64,000 nt of DNA, taken from Octopus bimaculoides (lineage: Eukaryota). The DNA is taken from NCBI RefSeq assembly GCF_001194135.2, contig NC_069001.1:17919695-17983694 (forward strand), given 5' to 3'. Of the stretch, positions 1 through 11,569 are shown piece by piece. Under the pieces are notes generated by a model. The model was not told where the DNA came from. It did no database searches and saw only the letters and a program-made list of their open reading frames with translations. The translations under genes were made by a program, and so were the position numbers. Numbering within the stretch: position 1 is the stretch's first letter; every line of letters begins with the position of its first letter.

Positions 1-119
1 ATATATACGGGCAACACACACACACGTATGTACACCTATTGCATACATGTGTTTTGTACGCATACATGTTCGTGTGTGTGTGTGACTGAAGCCATTCACA
101 CATACATACATACATAACA

Positions 120-490
120 ACCCCTGTCTGTCTGTTTTTGTCTGTCAATCACTACTAAAAAGTCGAAATTTTAAAAATCTGTTATCTATCTCTCTCTCTC
201 TCTCTCTTTACACCGTCGCTAGAAGGGGACTTAACTCATGTTTGCAAACGTTGGGGTATTTCTCCGACTTGAAAATTGTTAGAAATTATGGTTTAAAATT
301 ATTTTTAATGCAAAAATTCAAGCCTTAGGAAGCAAAAAATAAAAAAATAAATGGCCAATTTCGGGCATTTTCGACCATGAGGAATCCATTGGTGCAATTC
401 CCAGATTACTATCTTGTAAGGTGTGGATTTATATAGATGCAACACACACACACACTCGCAAACTCAGCTTTACAATATGTACTGATATAT
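120..490. mobile_element. Possible non-autonomous Helentron/DINE-like element
   Basis: (TGTC)n near one end and ACAC...aaactcagctttacaatat at the other; recognised by pattern only. Confidence 0.3.
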
Positions 491-624
491 ATATATATGT
501 AGAGAGATAGAGAGAGAGAGAGATCTCACCAGCTATTCTTTATTTCATCTATTCTATTTTTATTTTGATGAAGGATTAGCATCTGAAACATCTAGACTCC
601 TTTCTTTTTAACCATTAAATTAAT

Positions 625-1277
625 AAGAAGTAATGTTTATCACCACATCAATATGGCTGTTTGATGCTACTACCATTTTTAACCCCAGGAGGAGCCTCCT
701 CCAGCTGGTTATCGATGCAATCTGCATCTGGTATATATTGCAAGCAGGGGAGCGAATCCCTATACTCTTCTAGCAGACAACACGAACACCAGACCGAACA
801 GTTTCAGGCTATTTGTGCCCATCGTCAGTGGGGAACACCTAACCACTAGAGATGGCAGGAATTCGCTCCAGCTCACAATGTATAGAAAACCAAGCAACAA
901 TCAGTCACTGATCTTGCAACAAGCAAAGCAGATGAAAGTACTAACTATACTGAGATGTAAGTACTAACTATTCTGAGAAGTAATGTTTATAACCACATCA
1001 ATATGGCTGTTCGACATTACTACCATTTTTCACTTGGTTTTCTATATATTGCAAGCTGGAGTAAATTCCTGGTATCTCTAGCAGTCAGGTGTTCACCATT
1101 AACAATGGGCAAAAATAACCTGGTCATCTACTAGAAGATGGTAGGGGTTTGCTCCCCTCCTTGCAATATATACCAGATGAAGATTACATTGATAACCAGC
1201 TGGAGGAGGCACTTCCTGGGGTTAAAACAGTAGTAACATCAAACAGCCATATAGATGTGGCAATAAACATTATTTCT
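625..1277. repeat. Nested fold-back (long-TIR MITE-like) element
   Basis: Arms of about 150 bp at 625-775 and 1128-1277 are reverse complements; inner arms at 843-897 and 1030-1082. Confidence 0.75.
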
Positions 1278-2099
1278 CAATATAGTTTCTACCTTCATCT
1301 CTTATAGAGATTTTCTAATTAGCTACTTGCTTGTCATTAAACTAATACATTTCTTAAAACTTGCCCCTCCATAGTGTCTTCTTTGTGTGTGCATGTGTGT
1401 GTGTACACACTAGAAGGATACTTGACACTGTCCAGGAAATACAGCAGTCAGTCATAGGCAAACTAATTGAATTTGAATTATTGTAATAATTCTGTATAAA
1501 ATTATTCTCTCTAACACATTGATTATCTTATAATAGATAACATAACACTGTCCATTATAAATCTCAAGAATTATCTAGAAGTGTTATGCAATTTCTGATG
1601 ATTTGATAACGTAATCTGCTTATAAGATTTTTCTCATATAATATTTCTCTCGCATAACATTACTGAAATTTGATTTTGAGATCCTGAACTTTACAGGGGA
1701 GATGACAAAGCCTGAGCTGATTAATAATTTGTTGCACTTAAGAAAAGCTGTCCCTCACAGTGGAAATGATATGCTAAAACCACTTTGATTATGCTTATAC
1801 ATGTGGGGCCCTAACACTTCCCTTCCTTTCTCTACCCTGTCAAGCATTTCCCCCACATCTCAACCCTTAACATCCTTCACTTCTCTATCTATGGTACTAC
1901 TCCGCTTCCATTTGTGTGTGTATGTGTCTGTGTGTGATGGGTAAATTGTCACCATTTTATATTTTTAATTTCATACATGCGCATTGTTTGTTTTTGATTT
2001 TGTCAACTACACAGTATAGTAGGGTCAGTTGGGCACTGTCTATGAGAAAAACAGCACCATGATGCAATTCACTCTGCCAGAAATTTGAAAATGACATAC

Positions 2100-2774
2100 T
2101 GTACTGCTTGGCATTCATGTCAGAAGCTCCAATACGAACATTTCAGAGTGTTTGGGTGTCAATATGAGGATATGTACCAAGAATGATAAAAATCAAACAT
2201 CCAGTCAACATCATGGTGTTTGGAGTGGTCACTAGTGATGGTGACATTATATCTCCAGTCATCTTCCCACAAGGCCTCAAACTCAACATGGAGGCCTACA
2301 TCAAGTGCCTGGGGGAGGTAGTGCTGCCCAGGGTCAAGAGGATGGCTGCTGGAAGACCCTATGTCTGGTGACAGGACACTGCCCCATGCCATACAAGCAG
2401 GAGAACCCAGTCATGGCTGTCAGACAATTTTTGCAACCACATCACCCCTAACATCTGGCCACCTAACTCCCAAGCCTGCAACCCACTTCATTATTATGTG
2501 TGGAGTGCAGTTGAGCAAGAGACCAACAAAACTCCTTGTAACACCAAAGATGAACTGAAGACAAAGGTTATGGCAGCATTCACCAACTTAAACAACGAGA
2601 CCGTCCAGAAGAATTGCAGGAGATTCTAAAGTTGTCTGGAGGCCGTGGTTGAAGTCAATGGCGATTTTATAGAATAAATTTACTCTTTAGTATTTCAAGA
2701 TATTTTTATGTAATTTTGGTAAATATATCTGTTAAAATGCATAATTTAGACAACAGTTTATTCACCGCACCCTG
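2100..2774 (+). mobile_element. 5'-truncated maT (DD37D) Tc1/mariner transposase relic
   Basis: W*QDTAPCH...WPPNSQACNPLHYYVW with 37 residues between the catalytic positions (last D is now H); internal stops; right end CACCCTG|TA. Confidence 0.85.
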
Positions 2775-2927
2775 TATATGTGTGTGTGTGTGTGTATGTA
2801 TATGTGTGTGTGTGTATATATATATATATATGGGACATTTGTACCCCAGCATCACTTTGATGGTGTGTGCCGCTCTTCCAATCAGAAGTAGTAGTAACTG
2901 TTGAAAAATTCTGTTCAGAACACTCAC

Positions 2928-3107
2928 TTAAACTGTTGATGTTTCCTTTCAGCTCTGATACAACAAGAAACAGTCTCATCAATTTCTCCCTGACTAGGTA
3001 TTTTTCCTTGTAACTTCTTCAATTTTTTCAAGATTTTGGTTCTTTCGGATATAAATGCTGTCAGGCGTCTTGACACAATAAACTTGAGTCCCTCTATAGA
3101 ATGGATC
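2928..3107 (-). CDS. SHPRH: SHPRH exon 19 (IHSIEGLKFIV...DETVSCCIRAE)
   Basis: atttcag acceptor, AA|GTGAGT donor; GLxF and C-x-R pattern of the SHPRH helical region. Confidence 0.85.
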
Positions 3108-3337
3108 CTGAAATGTGAAAGTATTTGCTTATATAAGTTTATATATATATATATATACACACAAAAAACAAATCTATATACACATATATATGTATGTGTA
3201 TGTATATATAAATATATACATACAGAGAAAATTACATCTTTATTATTGGTCTCACTTTATAAAGCTGGCAATTGTCTCTATTGTATTAACATATATATAT
3301 ATATATATCATATATATATATATATCATATATATATA

Positions 3338-4095
3338 TATGAAGGCTTGAAAGAAATGAAGCCAGTGTGCTTCGCTGGATGTGCAATGTCAGTATGCATG
3401 TTCAACAGAGTGTAAGCATCTTGAGAGAAAAGTTATGCTCAAGAGAAATCAGATGTGGTGTACAAGAGAGATGACTGCACTGGTATGGTCATTTAATGCA
3501 TATGGACGAGAACAGCTGTGTAAAGAAGTGCTGATCTCTAACTGTGGAGGAAACCTGTGGTAGAGGTAGACCCAGGAAGACATGGGACAAGGTGGTGAAG
3601 CATGACCTTTGAACTTTGAGCCTCAGAGAGGCAATGACTAGTGACCAAGACCTTTGGCGATGCACTGTGCTTGAGAGGGCCTGTCAAGCCAAGTGCTACA
3701 GGCACGTAAAGAACACCTTTTGAGCATTGGGCCTCACAGAGGCAAAGTGGCTGAGTTCTTTTCAAGTGTTGGGCCTAATGGAGGCAATAACCAAGGCCTT
3801 TGGCATTATGCCATGCTTGAGGAGAGAACCATCAAATCATAGGAGATATTGGTGTCAAGCAAATTGGCACCTGTGCCAGTTGTACATGAAAGCACCCTGG
3901 TGTCAAGCAAATGGCACCCATGCAGGTGGCTTATAAAAGCACCCATTACACTCTTGGAGTGGTTGGCATTAGAAAGGGCGTCCAGCCGTAGAAAACCATG
4001 TCAAATCAAACTGGAGTCTGATATAGCCTTCCAGCATACTAGCCCAGTCAAACTGACCAACCCATGCCAACATGGACAACAGACATTAAATGATG
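3338..4095 (+). mobile_element. RTE-clade LINE, 3' end with UTR and (GAT)n tail
   Basis: RWMC..., GRGRPRKTW peptide; shared 3' UTR ending ttaaatgatgatgat. Confidence 0.88.
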
Positions 4096-4117
4096 ATGAT
4101 GAGATATATATATATAA

Positions 4118-4152
<35 letters not shown>

Positions 4153-4172
4153 NNNNNNNNNNNNNNNNNNNN

Positions 4173-4214
<42 letters not shown>

Positions 4215-4379
4215 GAGAGAGAAATCATTAAAATTAATATTAATATCTTTGAAAATATATATATTTGTCCAATAGATTTGTCATCTTCTATATCTGCATC
4301 ATCATTCTTTTATATCCATTTTCTATGCTGGTATGGGTTGGACAGTTTAACCCAAAGCTGGCAAGCAGAAGAGCTGCAC

Positions 4380-4660
4380 CTAACAAAGACTTTCTTTCAC
4401 CTGAGGACATACCTTAAATTCTGAAGGGGGATAATCAAAGAACATAACATTGTAATACTTCATGTAAAGTAAATATAACAAATGAAAAATCACGGATCAC
4501 TACCAAAATTTCATCATCTGTTCCTTGTGTCATTACCAACTTTATCTGCAAGTTTCATCAAATACTGTTCACAACCTTTTGAGTTATTTTGCACACAGAC
4601 GGACAGACACACAAACCAACGCCAATGAAAACATAACCTCCTTCCTTGGCAGACGTAACG
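4380..4660. mobile_element. Short non-autonomous element (DINE/HINE-like)
   Basis: aagtttcatcaaa...cagacggacagacac...aaaacataacctccttc end signature. Confidence 0.35.
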
Positions 4661-4664
4661 AAAA

Positions 4665-5900
4665 ATATTTATGAAACAAACACTTCCACACATTCATGAC
4701 TCCTCACAAGCGCTATCACCAAACCATACAAAAAACCCATAATTCCATATACAATGACAAACACAGAAGCAAAGGAGCCAGCCTTAAGATAGAGGATCAC
4801 ATGGACCACTTCGTCACGTGATCCCCACCCATATTACACTTAAGGACCATAACCTAATTTTTATTCCAACCCCAAATGTAGGCTGATCAACCTCTCCAAA
4901 AGCAAGATATAGCAAGCATATTCTCGATACTATCGACTCTGACATCAGAAGGGCTACAGGGTTGACACAATGGAACTCCAGCGCAACTGTGATAGACTGG
5001 TTCCACAGTATCAAGAATAAATCAGGATAAATCAGATTATCAAGAATAAATCAGCCTGCAAATTCACCCAGTTCAACATTGTTGACTTCTATCCTTCCAT
5101 ATCTAAGCCCCTCCTCCTGAAGGCCCTAGCTTTTGCTGGACAATTTACCAACATTAGTGATCTTGATATCTGAACCATCATGGATGCCAGAAAGCCAATT
5201 CTGATCTATGACGATTCCTTCTGGGTAAAGAAAGAAGGCGATCCATTGTTTGAGGTCTCTATGGGGATCTTTGACAAGGTTGAAATCACCAACCTTGTCG
5301 GGTTATACATTTTGGATACCCTCAAGAGACATACCCATCCACATAGGTTGGCCCTCTATAAGGACAATAGCCTGGCTATCTCAAACCATATGAATGGCTA
5401 CACCATGGACAGGTTCAGGAAAGACTTGATAAAAGTATTCACAGAGTTTAGCCTGTCTATAATGGTTATTATCCACCTGACTATGGTCGATTTCTTGGAC
5501 ATAACCTTAGACCTGAACACAGACAAATACAGTAAGACTAATGAAGAAATGGTATATATCCACAAGTGCTAGAACCACCACCACCCCTGCTGTAATTAGA
5601 AACCTGGTTTCAGGCATCAGCAAATGGGTGTCTAAACTCTCAACCAATATGGAGATCTTTAATAGCCCCCACCCCCACTACAATGATGCTTTGGCTAGGA
5701 GCAGATTTTCTGAGAAGCTCACATGTGGACAAACCCCAAACCCCCTCTCTCACCCCAAGAGGATTAGGAAAAGGAAAATAATCTGGTATAATCACCCATT
5801 TAACCTAGAAATTACTACCAACATAGCCAAGAGCTTCCTGTCATTGATAAAGAAACATTTCCCCACAGGCCGTAAGTATTACAAACTTTTCAACCTCCAT
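4665..5900 (+). mobile_element. Penelope-like retroelement RT fragment, degraded
   Basis: ITLKDH..., QWNSSATVIDWF, QFNIVDFYPSIS, VSMGIFDK-EITNLVGLYIL, LALYKDN (YxDD remnant), VDFLDITLDL, RKRKIIWYN. Confidence 0.85.
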
Positions 5901-5904
5901 TTTC

Positions 5905-6290
5905 GACTCTCCTTCATTTTCTACAATGCTCTTCTATCTATCTAACAGACTTGCAAGGTACTTCTTCCAAAATTCATTTGTCCATAATGAAAAATACTCC
6001 TCCAGTACTGTTCTAATCTCATCTACAGAATTCGTATTTTTTCCGTCCAAATGATTTTGAAGACTGCAAAATAAATGATAATCAGATGGGGCGATATACA
6101 GCAAATATGGTGGGTGGACCATCGTTTCTGATTTAAACTTCTCCAGCCTTTGTAATGTCATCCTCGTTGTATGTGGCCAAGCATTATCCTGAAGGAAGAA
6201 CATTTTTCATCTTGAAACGAAAGATGGTCGCTTTTCTTCTAGCACTGACTTAATTGATAAAAATCACATTATTTATGGGATGACCCAATA
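5905..6290 (-). mobile_element. Internally deleted mariner (DD34D) relic
   Basis: LQDNAWPH...HPPY...APSDYHLF peptide; TA|TTGGGTCATCCCATAAATAA TIR at 6290. Confidence 0.85.
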
Positions 6291-6811
6291 CATCTACACA
6301 CACACACTCATATAAGTACGAATGCATACACGCAGATATATGGGCATATACATGTACATATATACATATATACCACCCCTTTCTACTTCCCCCCAACCAC
6401 GCGACCGATTTCCTGTCCACCACACGGTCAATTTCTTGTTCACCATGTGGTATTTTCCAAGTAATTGCTGTCACTGAAATACCAACATCATACTGCTATA
6501 CCGTGTGACCATTCTTGACCAATCACCGGCTAACATCCAATAGTAAACATCAACTCTCTTGAGTCAAACTCTCATTCAGACCCCAATGGCCAAAGACTAA
6601 CCACATACTTGAAATTCAAAGTACCAAGGAGTCTGAATGAAACTGTTTTGATCTGTGTGTGTGTGTGTGCATTTACATATTTGTATATATATATATATCA
6701 TACATATACATAAATGTGTGCAGTGTACATATACGTATATGTATTTACACAATCACACACATACACACATATCAAAAATACATTTATTAAATTAACATAG
6801 AAATGCCATAC

Positions 6812-6942
6812 TGATCATTTATTGAAAATCCCTTCTGATCAATCGAGGTGAGGTCATGTTGGATCTTGTTCAATAACAGAGAACTCTTGTCTTGGTCAAC
6901 AACAAAATCCAGAATCTCCATCCACCATTCTTCATTAATTAA
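6812..6942 (-). CDS. SHPRH: SHPRH exon 18 (LINEEWWMEILDFVVDQD...FSIND)
   Basis: Found manually; ttttcag acceptor, CA|GTATGG donor; WW motif at the expected position; phase fits exon 19. Confidence 0.85.
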
Positions 6943-7649
6943 CTGAAAAATTAATGAAACAAATGCACAAGCAGTACAGATTAAGTATAATTAAAGTCAC
7001 TGGAAACTGCACAGAACATAGAAATATATACAGGCAAGGAAAACAATTACATTTGTCAACAATGTTTAAGCTATATTAGAAATGCTAACCCCCCCCCCTC
7101 TCTCTCTCTATCTATCTTTCTATCTATCTAACTATCTATCTCATTCTCTGTCCACACACGTATGTGTGTGTGTGTGTGTACATGTATAAAGGTAACTGTG
7201 TAAGCACTCAGCTACTCACCACACAAATGCATCCAACCTGACCCTTGTTTTATCATCTCCGGTGACATCACTACTGTTAGTTTCACCAATGTTCATCTGA
7301 TTCATTTCTTCTCCAGACTCATATTTACTTTGCTCCTGTTTAATACCACAAGCTGACTGATTCTTGACTGAGTTAAAGCAGGCTCCACATTGTGCCTATA
7401 TTCTGACCTTGTGTACAGCTTCCTATTTCAGTTGTGGCTTCTTCTTCCATTTCCTCCAGCTGTCACCAGAAGCCCTCCTCTTGCTGTTTTTTGCTGTATG
7501 TTACCCTTGCTATTTGCTGTCCTCGCTGTGTGCTGCCCTTGCTACCCTTGTTATGTGCAGCCCGTCTTCCCCTGACTAAGTCATAAATTTACAAAATTAA
7601 ATTTATCTTTTTTTAATCCAACCAAATCAAACATCCAAAGTGTATTTAC

Positions 7650-7757
7650 CTGTTTTTCAAGATTGTCTGCTTTTATTTTTAAAGAAAGCCAATTGTCAAA
7701 GGCTTCTTTCACAAAATTCAGGTGTTTCTCTGTGAGACGATTTCGAATTTCAGCAGC
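7650..7757 (-). CDS. SHPRH: SHPRH exon 17 (AAEIRNRL...DNLEKQ)
   Basis: ttgcag acceptor, CAG|GTAAAT donor, 36 codons. Confidence 0.88.
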
Positions 7758-7774
7758 CTGCAAGATAGAATTAA

Positions 7775-8115
7775 GAAATGTACAGGCGAGGAGAGAGTGA
7801 GAGAGAAAGAGAAGGATAAAGGGAGAGTGTGAAAGAGAGAGGGAAAGAAAAAGAAAATGTGAAAGAGAGAGGGAAAGTGAAAGATAGAGAGGGTGAAAGA
7901 GAATGATAAAGAGGGAGAGTGAATGAGAGAGTAAGAGAAATAAGGATAAAGAGAGAGGGAAAGAGAAAGAGGATAAAGAGGGAATGCAAAAGAGGGAAAG
8001 AGAAAGAGGATGGAGAGGGAGTGTGAAAGAGAAAGAAGGAAAGAGAGGTCAAAAAGAGAAGGAAAGAGAAGGAAAAGAAGGAGTGTGAAAGAGAAAGAAG
8101 GAAAGAGAGAGAAAA
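7775..8115. repeat. Polypurine (GA-rich) degenerate tandem tract
   Basis: About 340 bp almost entirely A/G, directly upstream of the exon 17 acceptor. Confidence 0.9.
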
Positions 8116-8360
8116 TCTATCAGTTTTGTTAAGTGAACAAATTTTAAGTCTAACCCCACCCACCCAGCCACACAAAAGAGCATCGAACCATAAAAATCCT
8201 ACCTCCTATAACTCTCCATATAACACATGCTAGCATGAAAAATCAGATGTTAAACAAAAGAGTCAACAAACATCCTTCATCCTCGGACAATCTAAAAAAC
8301 TAAGTCCAACACCTGTCTGTTTAGAATCCTAACGAGTAAATTACATTAAGACACACTCAC

Positions 8361-8537
8361 CTTTTCTTGGAGTTTGTCATCATCGAGGGCACTGGCAACA
8401 CCTTCTGGTTTTTTGGACAAAACCTCGTTTAAGTTGTGGTAACAATGAAGCAGCTGCAGGTCATCAGTTCGTATCGTATTTTTGTGTTCTCGTACAGACC
8501 AAAGTACTTGACGGTAATTATCTATGGCATCTTTCAA
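8361..8537 (-). CDS. SHPRH: SHPRH exon 16 (LKDAIDNYRQVL...TDDLQLLHCYHNL)
   Basis: ttccag acceptor, AAG|GTGAGT donor. Confidence 0.95.
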
Positions 8538-8929
8538 CTGGAAACCAATGGAATAATGGCACAGATTTAGGTAGATTACTTAAGAAGTTGAACCTTTTAG
8601 CATTTAATCCGACTAAATCTAACCCAAATATTCTACCTGTTTTGTTAAAACTAGCCAGATCTGGCCTCTCACACCTACCCTACAATGTCATTCTAAAAAT
8701 AAGTAATTACATCAGTGTAATCTTGGAGTTATGAGATAATGATTAATTAAAACTAATGTGAATAAGTAAGCATTGCCAGTGCTACATAAAAAGCACATGT
8801 TGATGCTACATACAAGTGCTCATGTGGTGCCATGTAAAAAGCACCCAGCACAACACTGTAAAGTGATTGGCATAAGGAAGGGTACCCAGCAGGCAGGCAG
8901 GCAGGCAGGCAGGCAGTTGATGAAATTTT

Positions 8930-9033
8930 AACCCGAACATAACAGATGAGCATTATTTAGAAAATGATGTCACACGTTATCGAGGCTACCATTCTTTCTG
9001 GATGTGCAAAATGGGATGACGTCTTTATTCCAA
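8930..9033 (+). mobile_element. Helitron Pif1-helicase fragment running into a gap
   Basis: MMSHVIEATILSGCAKWDDVFIP resembles the Helitron xxVIEATILTGxxKGExVFIP motif. Confidence 0.6.
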
Positions 9034-9512
9034 NNNNNNNNNNNNNNNNNNNNNNNNNNNNNNNNNNNNNNNNNNNNNNNNNNNNNNNNNNNNNNNNNNN
9101 NNNNNNNNNNNNNNNNNNNNNNNNNNNNNNNNNNNNNNNNNNNNNNNNNNNNNNNNNNNNNNNNNNNNNNNNNNNNNNNNNNNNNNNNNNNNNNNNNNNN
9201 NNNNNNNNNNNNNNNNNNNNNNNNNNNNNNNNNNNNNNNNNNNNNNNNNNNNNNNNNNNNNNNNNNNNNNNNNNNNNNNNNNNNNNNNNNNNNNNNNNNN
9301 NNNNNNNNNNNNNNNNNNNNNNNNNNNNNNNNNNNNNNNNNNNNNNNNNNNNNNNNNNNNNNNNNNNNNNNNNNNNNNNNNGAGGTGTTATAATCACAAC
9401 AGCAAGAAAGTATGTACATGATCACCTTCTTTTACGAAACTTCATTGACTTTCATATATTTATATTGATATACATATATATACGTGTGTTTGGGTGCGTG
9501 TGTGTATATACA

Positions 9513-9603
9513 TCTCTATATATAAAGATGATGCGTAGTCTAGACAGCGTTTTTAGATTTCATTATTCTCTTTAACCCGGGCAACGCCGGGTATTTCTGC
9601 TAG
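9513..9603 (+). mobile_element. Mini-Helitron, 91 bp
   Basis: A|TCTCTATATATAAAG 5' end; 3' hairpin ACCCGGGCAACGCCGGGT followed by CTAG|T. Confidence 0.75.
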
Positions 9604-9739
9604 TATATTATATTTTATGACATTTCAATTAGCTATTATACATTTTATTACATTAAGAAAATAATTATTTATTAAATGATTAAATTAAATTTAAAAAATA
9701 TGAAGGAAACCATAATAATAATTTAATAATCTTCTATGA

Positions 9740-10700
9740 TTTTGATTTATAAATACTTTGTAAGATACTCCTCCAGCTGTTTATGGCTGGCCAAGATCAT
9801 CCTGCCCAGAGAGCAGCAGGACATCGTCTTACTGGGATTCAGTGTCTTGATCAGGTTGACCGAGGTGGAGGACTCCACTACATGCAGTGGTAGCATGTTG
9901 TTGACAAACAGGTCTACAATCCTTCTGTCCACTATAGACTGATGGACACCAGTGTTAGCAGTTTGGGCAAACACCTCGCCAATGCTGGGCTAGCAAGCTT
10001 TCTTTGCACATGGCTGCAACAACTGGCTAGTTTCCCATGGGAAGCGCTGGCCTTGATCCTCTCCTCAAACTGAATGGCATGTGCTGGGTGTTTGTTTTTG
10101 ACATGTAACTTCAAATTGTATAGGCTCACCGCTTGTCCCTTGATGGTGGTCTCCTTGGGCTTACACATGATGCACCAGAAGTACAGGATTTTGGTGTTAC
10201 TCTCATCCCTTGACGTAAAGACAAAGTAGTCCTCAATGTGGGGCCACAGGTTCTGAGTCTCCTGGCTCTTAATCTGAGTGACCTCTGCCTCACCCACAGC
10301 TGTTGCTGACTCCTCAACAGGCCCTTCATTCTCAGGCTGGACACAAACGTCTTCACTTTCCATAACAGTAACAACATCGTAAGTGAATACAACTCAAAAC
10401 TGCAGAATTACACAATACTGCTTAGCTAGCTGCTGCTGCTGCATTGACCAAACATGTCTCATCAGGTGTACACATAGTCAGCCAATAGCATGCTTGACAG
10501 ACTCTTCAAGATACGCCCGCAACAGACAGGAACAAACGTATGAATTTGTTAGTGGACTTAAAGTCAGCAGAACTAAATTTAGCGGAAGCTAATTGATCTG
10601 TTAACGGTTTCCAAAGTTAGTAAAAACACTAATCTGCAAAACAAAAAGTTAGCTTTGCTAATTAGCTGTTAGCGGATTAGTGGAACCCTGTCCACCACTG
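9740..10700 (-). mobile_element. hAT transposon 5' part: BED finger and start of transposase, truncated
   Basis: WPHIEDYF...CIMC...LKLHVKNKH BED finger; LFVNNMLPLHVVES hAT segment; 5' end CAGTGGTGGAC with GCTAA subterminal repeats. Confidence 0.85.
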
Positions 10701-10701
10701 C

Positions 10702-11009
10702 TAGTAGGCCAACAGATCATCACAACCTCACTCACTGGATGCTCAACTGACACTGAGACTCTTACTGCTAACATACTCTACAAAAGACATATTGAGAAAT
10801 TTCTGAAACAAGGAGCTATGGGTGGGGCCAATATGGGCCAGCACGGAGCTATGGGTGGGGCCAATATGGGCCAGCCCATAGAAAAATAACTTGATGTGAT
10901 AGAAAAAAACTGTTGCCATTTTAAAACTTAGTGACCCCACCAAATAACCCCAAAACAGGTCTCAAACTTAGGTCAGCAGGAAAAAAGATATAATTTGTTG
11001 GCCAGTCTA
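10702..11009. mobile_element. Possible hAT MITE with an internal 33-bp tandem duplication
   Basis: Imperfect ends TAGTAGGCCAACA / TGTTGGCCAGTCTA; ggagctatgggtggggccaatatgggccagc occurs twice. Confidence 0.35.
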
Positions 11010-11442
11010 ATTCAAACATTAAGAATTATGCAACAAATGACAGATATTGTAATTACCAAGATGTAATAATTAAAAGTCTGTCTAAGATTTCATTTTGATA
11101 TTTTCTTCACATAAGAATGTAGTATTTAAATCAAAATTAATTAATTAACAACAATTAACAAAAGGTATTAATTATATAAAAAGAAGTTAAAAGTCAAAAA
11201 GTTATACTATAAAATTATTGATTACTGTTTTATATCCACAGAATAAGAATGATTAATTCAATAGTTACCTATTAGTGTAATCTTTATTTTAATAATGTAA
11301 ATCTCTCTATATTTACTTATATTTAAACATCTTTTTTTCTTTTTTCTTTTTGATGATATAGATTCAATATTAATTCAATAACAACCTAACTGTGTAATCT
11401 TTACAGAGATCACTCCATATTCAGTATTATTTAAACACACAC

Positions 11443-11569
11443 CTGTTCTTTGATGATATAGATTCCAGCAAGCCCATGACGTGCTGCAATGGCTTGTCTG
11501 TGAGCCTCTTCACATTCTGTAACTCCTTTTTTTATCAAAGACTGCAATAATTCTTCCATAGTCATCATT
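11443..11569 (-). CDS. SHPRH: SHPRH exon 15 (MMTMEELLQSL...ECEEAHRQ...GLAGIYIIKEQ)
   Basis: Found manually; ttgtag acceptor, CAG|GTGTGT donor; phase 2 in, phase 0 out. Confidence 0.95.
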
